A stretch of DNA of 64,000 nt from Macrostomum lignano (lineage: Eukaryota). The notes beneath the pieces were generated by a model. That model ran no database searches and was not told the origin of the DNA. It saw only the letters and a list, made by a program, of their open reading frames with translations. Position numbers and translations under genes: made by a program. Position 1 is the first letter of the stretch, and every line of letters starts with the position of its first letter. Below are positions 58,145 to 64,000 of the stretch, in pieces. The stretch is taken from the NCBI GenBank assembly GCA_002269645.1, contig NIVC01002256.1, positions 1 through 64,000 of the forward strand, given 5' to 3'.

Positions 58145-59824
58145 ATGTCTGGCCCTGTTGACCCGTCCACTAAAGCCTATTTCTACGGCAAGCTGACCAG
58201 AGAGCAGGCTGAGGAGCAGCTGCTGTCCAGAGGCTGCCAGGAGGGCCTGTTCCTGCTGCGCTCCTCCGCCGATGCCAACTACGCTGTCAGCATCTGTCAC
58301 GACGGCAAAGTGTTGCACTATAATGTCGAACGTCAGCCGGACAATAGTTTTCAAATTCCCAATGGGAAAAGATTTCCCGGACCGGTGGAGTTAATTAATC
58401 ACCATGCTAATCATTTGGACGGATTTCTAACCCTCGCCAGGCTGCCTTGTAATCGTGCGCAGGGCTCCAGTCCGTTTGTACTGCAAGGCGTCACCCAGGA
58501 TGATATAGGCCGAGCTCTGGTTGCCAAGGCGACCGAGCTAGGCTACAAAGGCTACCAGTTGGAGCACATACTCACCGGAGCTGAACGGCGCCGAATTCGA
58601 CATTTGGTGCTGCGCGAGTTTCACCAGAAACTGCCCTGGTTTCACGACGAAATTGCCAGAGAAGAGGCTGAGAGGCGGCTGGCCATGGCCGGACACGAGG
58701 AGGGCGCCTTTCTGGTGCGCTGCAAACGGGCGGACGACTCGTTTGTGCTGTCGCTGAGTTATCAGAGGGAGCCGAAGCATTACAAGGTTTGATATTATGT
58801 ATTAGAATTTATTAGAAATATTAATTTACTAATTTATACCGGTTACTAAATTTATAAATCCTAAGGTGTTAAGTAGGGGAAATTAGAGAATCTATTAGGG
58901 TGCCGATTAGAGACAATTAGAGAATATATTAGGATGCTGATTAGAGGTAATTAGAGAATCTATTAGGATTCTGATAAGGGGTAATTAGAGAATCTAATAG
59001 GGTGCCGATTAGAGACAATTAGAGAATCTGTTATGATTCTGATTGAGATTAATTAGAGAATCTATTAGGATGCTGATTAGGGGCAATTATAGAATCTATT
59101 AGGATGCTGATTAGGGGTAATTAGAGAATCTATTAGAATGCTGATTAGGGGTAATAAGAGAATCTATTAGAATTCTGAATAGGGGTAATTAGAGAATCTA
59201 TTAGGATGCTTAATAGGGGCAATTAGAGAATCTATTAGGATTCTGATTAGAGGTAACTAGAGAATCTATGAGAGTGCTTATCAGAGAAAATAGGAGTTAC
59301 TTAATCGCTAGAATTCAAATTAGGGTGTGTATGCATGCAAAATCACAAAGATGCTAAATAGTGTGACTAAAACTGCCGTTAATCCTCAACCTGTCCATCA
59401 GGTGACCCGCTGGTCCGACAAGAAGCTCAGCGTAGACGGCGGCAAACCTTTCGACTCTCTGGTGGAGCTGGTCGATCACTATCACCTTCGCCAGGAGGGA
59501 CTGCTGTGCAAGCTGCGCAAACCAGTGCCATTTCCGGGCTACTGCTCTCCGGCCAGGCGCTACCGGCAGCAAGCGCCTCCGCTGCCGCCGCCGCCGCCGC
59601 CTCCTCCTCCGGCGCAAGCCTCTGGCGGCTCCTCAGTTTGCAGCGGCGGCTCCTCTGGCAGCGCCGGTAGCGCCGGTAGTGGTGCCGTCGCTAGCGGCGC
59701 CAACTCTGGCGCCATTGTCAGCGGCGGCGGAGGCGGTCGCGTAGGCGGAGAAGCAGATTTGATCAGTTTCAACGACTGGGCCTTCACGGACGGCCTGCTG
59801 CAAGAGGCCAGGGCTAAGCCTGAG
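58145..59824 (+). CDS. SYK: Syk/ZAP-70-like tyrosine kinase, N-terminal tandem SH2 region (partial; kinase exons not in window)
   Basis: Exons 58145-58786 and 59402-59824 (GT-AG, phase 0). SH2-N: FYGKLTREQAE..GLFLLRSS..FPGPVELINHH..DGFLTLARLPCNR. An interdomain-A-like segment follows. SH2-C: PWFHDEIAREEAERRL..GAFLVR..HYK..FDSLVELVDHY..EGLLCKLRKP. Then a Pro/Gly/Ser-rich linker. Confidence 0.8.
58880..59275. repeat. ~33-34 bp minisatellite (ATTAGAGAATCTATTAGGATGCTGATTAGGGGTA) in Syk intron 1
   Basis: Direct periodicity. Confidence 0.88.
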
Positions 59825-59844
59825 GTGAGGCCGCCACTTTCCCA

Positions 59845-60575
59845 GGATCCTCAGTTGCTACGCAAATCTAAATCCTCAGTTGCTGCTGCTGGGCCAGCCT
59901 CCCAGAGTGTCAGTTGCTGGTCCAGCCTCCCAGATCCTCAGTTGCTGGGCCAGCCTCCCAGATCCTCAGTTGCTGGGCCAGCCTCCCAGATCCTCAGTTG
60001 CTAAGGGCCACCCTCCCAGATCCTCAGTTGCTGGGCAAGCCTCCCTGATCCTCAGTTGCTGAACCAGCCTCCCTGATCCTCAGTTGCTGGGCCAGCCTCT
60101 CAGATCCTCAGTTGCTGGGCCAGCCTCCCAGATCCTCAGTTGCTAAGGGCCACCCTCCCAGATCCTCAGTTGCTAAGGGCCAGCCTCCCTGATCCTCAGT
60201 TGCTGAACCAGCCTCCCTGATCCTCAGTTGCTGGGCCAGCCTCCCAGATCCTCAGTTGCTGGGCCAGCCTCCCTGATTCTCAGTTGCTGGTCCAGCCTCT
60301 CAAACCCTCAGTTGCTGAACCAGCCTCCCTGATCCTCAGTTGCTGGGCCAGCCTCCCAGATCCTCAGGTGCTGGGCCAGCCTCCCAGATCCTCAGTTGCT
60401 GGGCCAGCCTCTCAGATCCTCAGTTGCTGGGCCAGCCTCCCAGAGGGTCAGTTGCTGGGCCAGCCTTCCAGATCTTCAGTTGCTGGGCCAGCCTCCCAAA
60501 CCCTCAGTTGCTGTGCCAGCCTTCCAGATCTTCAGTTGCTGGTTGCTGGGCCAGCCTCCCAGCTCCTCAGTTGCT
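59845..60575. repeat. 28-bp minisatellite (GATCCTCAGTTGCTGGGCCAGCCTCCCA) in Syk intron 2
   Basis: Direct periodicity starting about 20 nt after the donor. Confidence 0.93.
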
Positions 60576-60690
60576 CAAGCTGTTTCCATCACTTTCAATG
60601 CACTTTCGTAACATCCCGTCGCATTGCGTGAACTGCGCACCCCGTGAAGATGCCAAGCTAAGGCCAACAAGCTTCTCAGCGCCAGCCTAG

Positions 60691-61102
60691 TACAAGTGTT
60701 CCGTTGCACAAAAAGGAACCGGCGTGTTAACTTATGCCGCACGCAGCTGAATACCCTGACAGCTGCGTAGTTTTAGTAGCCGAAAGAACGCTGAGACGAA
60801 GTTTCTTTACACTACTGCTTAGTTTATTGAATGGTTAGGTTTGCGTTTGAGTGACAGGTCGCCTCTCCGTAGCTTTTAGCTGGCTGTGTGTGCAGTGCGT
60901 GAGTAGGTTGCCAACGCAGCAGAGTTAGCAGTCAGATCTGTCTAGTAGCTGAGGCTAACGGTAAAGTGTGTTAAGTGAAGAACAAAAGCCTCGTGTTCCG
61001 TTTGAGTAGACACGAGTAGGGGAGCATGAGGTAGGTGGAAAGCTATTAAAGTATCCTTGTATATAGGATAGTTCTCGATATATTATATTCGTAGACATTG
61101 TA
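60691..61102. mobile_element. Candidate solo LTR or short-TIR element
   Basis: An ~400-bp island with TG...CA ends (60697 to 61097), a minus-strand AATAAA and inverted flanks TACAA / TTGTA. No direct TSD. Confidence 0.25.
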
Positions 61103-61859
61103 GTTGAATATTTAAAATTTTCTTAGAATTTCAATCGCAAAAATTAGCGTTAAAATGATGAGAGAAGTTTGCGATAGTGTCCCGACTAGACTGAGCCTGA
61201 GGTTAGCTATGCAGTCATCTAAGCTCTTCACACCTTGAAACCTGTCAATCAAATTTGCTGGGTAGTTTTGCTCCTAATGTGCGAGACAGGGAGAGGTGAG
61301 CAAAAAAGTGAAGGAGAGAAGTGTTCTGTATTTTCTTCTCCGCTGGAGTTTGGCTCATCCTGTAGGTGTGTGTTTGCGTGTGTTTTCTCTCTTGGATTTG
61401 TAATCTATACAGTCCCTGGGGTTGAATTGAGAGGGTAAAGAAATTGGACATTGTGGGGGGAGACACGCACAGCTTTGAATTTGCGCTCCTGGAGATGGAA
61501 GTCGATAAAAAGTAAGCCCTAATTTACAGTTCAGAGTGGTTTTTCTTTTCATCAACTGTTTTGAGCCAAAGCTTCTCTGTTTTCCCATTTAGTTTTTGTC
61601 GTTGCTCATTACTGGTATGAAACAAAGTGCCTGCTTCTTGGAAAGCAAAGGAAGCTAAGGGTCTGTTTAGCTTTACCGGTTCTACTTGTATTATAGGGGG
61701 CAAACTAACAAGACTTGTTTAGTGGGGCAGTTCTTTATTAGATGCAATTTATAAGCCTTTTTACTCTAATCTGCTGTAGAGTGAGAAATATACATGCATA
61801 ACTCCTAACCATTGACCCATTGTAAAATCGAACGTTCCAAAACAAACTAATTACTGCCC

Positions 61860-62440
61860 GATGTACATTGCTCCAGCCCAAGCCCTCCCCCAACCCCTAC
61901 ACTTGTTCCAGTGCAAATGTACATTGCTCCAGTTCAAGCCTTTCTCCAACCCCTACACTTGTTCCAGTGAAAATTTAAATTGCTCCAAGCCTTCCCCTAC
62001 CCCTACACTGTTCCAGGCCAAGTGTACATTGCTCTTAGTCCAAGCCTTCCCAAACCAACTAATTACTGCCCCACTGCGCACTGCCCAGTCCCAGGCTTCC
62101 CCCAACCCCCACCCACTGCCTCAGTGTACATTGCTTCAGTGTCAGCCTTCCCCCAAACCCACCTACTGCCTCAGTGTACATTGCGTTAGTGTCAGCCTTC
62201 CCCCAAACCCACCCACTGCCCTAGTGTACATTGCTTCTGTGTCAGCCTCCCCCAACCTCCACCCACTGCCTCAGTGTACATTGCTTCAGTGTCAGCCTCC
62301 CCCAACCCCCACCCACTGCCTCAGTGTACATTGCTTCAGTGTCAGCCTTCCCCCAAACCCACCCACTGCCTCAGTCAACATTGCTTCAGTGTCAGCCTCC
62401 CCCAACCCCCACCCACTGCCTTAGTGTACATTGCTTCAGT
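61860..62440. repeat. ~49-50 bp minisatellite (CAGTGTACATTGCTTCAGTGTCAGCCTTCCCCCAAACCCACCCACTGCCT) with decayed 5' units
   Basis: Direct periodicity; homogeneity increases toward the 3' side. Confidence 0.88.
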
Positions 62441-62984
62441 AACCCCGTACAGTGTCATTCCTAGTCCTAGCCTTCCTTTAACTGCCTATCCCGTACATAA
62501 TTAACTCTAAAACCTCAGAATACATTTACCAGCTTGTGTGAAGAGCAAAACTAAGTACTTTATTCCTCGTCATAATATCGCAAAAATCCTCACTATTACA
62601 CTTAAGTGCTTCAGACAACAGTTTGCGCTTTTTTGGGATTTTTCGTTGTTTACTGATCCCCTGCATCGGCTCTTGACCCACACTCGACTCTCTCGATGGG
62701 TTCGCTTTTTGGTTTGGGGTATGAGAGCATGGGAGCTTTTCGCTTCCTAGAGAGATGATGAGGGAGATGAGAGAGTTCCAAAATTTAAAGCTGCGAGATG
62801 CGCGGCATCCTCCCCCTCCCCCGTTCGTCTGGAGCCTGTCAGTCAATATCTTCCACACCCAGATGAGCGGATCTGAGGGATTAGGGATTAAGGATATCGC
62901 GTGGCAGAAAAATAGTCTAAAGGGGCTACTAAGCGGGTCTGGGCTGGGGTTGCTTCCTATCTGCCTTTCCAGGATCGCCTCAGG

Positions 62985-63320
62985 GAAGTCCCAATCATTG
63001 GAATCTCCTTCAGGAAAATGCTAGCCATTGGAATCTCTTCAGGGTTATCCCAGTCATTGGAATCTCCTCAGGGAAATCCCAGTCATTGGAATCTCCTCAG
63101 GGAAATCCCAGTCAGGCAAATTACAACCAGTGGAATCACCTCCAGGGAAATCCCAAATCAGTGAAATCTCCTCAGGAAAATCCCAGTCTGTAGAATCTCC
63201 TCCACGTATATCCCAGCCATTGGAATCTCCACGGAAATCTCATTTACTAAAATCCCCTCCTGGGAAATCCCAGTCATTTCCTTTCAGTGAAACCTCTGTA
63301 ATCCCAGTGAATGGAATCCC
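62985..63320. repeat. Degenerate ~29-bp repeat (GGAATCTCCTCAGGGAAATCCCAGTCATT)
   Basis: Direct periodicity. Confidence 0.8.
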
Positions 63321-63733
63321 ATATTAATATGAAAGCAAATATCAGTATAATCTAATATTCGCTTCAGACTAATGAGCCGCACTTTAAACAAAGGCAGAAA
63401 TCGATCTAAGGTTCTACTACCAGTGGTTACAATTAAAAGTACACTATATATGTATATACACTATATCATGGGAATTATTTAAATCTGTAGGAGGCAAGTA
63501 AGAACCCGTCAAATGACCTTGAGCAGTTGCTACTCTCTCGCGCATCAATCAGCGTTGGTTTTCGCGAGAACTTTTTTTACCAAACGAAGAAAACGAAAAT
63601 CTTTTATACTTGTATAAAGTATAGAGAGAAGATTGCATATATATATATATATAGCCTACATATGTCTGAAGGACAGGACTTGCTGATTATATTGTAAGCT
63701 GGGATTGCGTGTGTGACAAATTTGCTTAAGTTG

Positions 63734-63773
<40 letters not shown>

Positions 63774-64000
63774 GTCTTCTCTCATCTCCTTCTCACTCCT
63801 CACTCACTCGATGTGCTTTTTTTATCGGAATTCGCTGCGTCTTCTGTCGACTGGTGTGGCGCTGATGGCATGCGAATTTGGTTTAACACTAATTTCTGCC
63901 TGCTGTGTTGCTCAGGTCGGGGCAAGTACTGGGAGCTGCGGGAGAGCGGATAGCACTTTGAGTGGGAAGGTCCAGAGAATAAATGGATAAGGGAATATGA

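Noticed and set aside
63028-63327. 99-aa Ser/Pro-rich ORF (ESPPGKSQ)
   Set aside because: Starts at TTG and coincides with a degenerate 29-bp repeat.
63916-63970. Possible next Syk exon (acceptor CTCAG at 63915; VGASTGSCGRADSTLSGK)
   Set aside because: Phase-compatible but short, with no kinase motif and a weak donor. Cannot be supported without transcripts.

Overview
Eukaryotic (invertebrate) genomic DNA with GC-rich exons, GT-AG introns and very dense tandem repeats. It is most likely the flatworm Macrostomum lignano or a close relative. This is an inference from an innexin gene, TTAGGG-type repeats, minisatellite-filled introns and a 28/30 match at 45756-45784 to the M. lignano spliced-leader (SL) exon as I recall it. 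Genes I could assemble by hand: mitochondrial glutamate dehydrogenase (5 exons), a DCC/DUF393 thiol-disulfide oxidoreductase, NDUFB7, an innexin (2 exons, minus strand), a DEG/ENaC channel (2 coding exons), a BTB/POZ protein (3 exons) and the tandem-SH2 N-terminal part of a Syk/ZAP-70-like kinase. Mobile DNA includes a very young Mag-type Ty3/gypsy element (identical 216-bp LTRs, 5-bp TSD), hAT MITEs with 8-bp TSDs, Helitron termini bracketing 5.6 kb of satellites, tRNA-derived SINEs, LINE 3' fragments and a Crypton-like remnant. The most unusual signals are four. (1) The gypsy gag-pol ORF has no AUG for its first 292 codons and opens at CUG/ACG codons inside the primer-binding site. (2) The same ORF has an in-frame RNase H deletion. 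(3) Several SL-derived or SL-RNA-like sequences are present. (4) Two host genes have reading frames that appear to need the SL 3'-terminal AUG or an unseen upstream exon. All coordinates were read by eye and no database searches were run.
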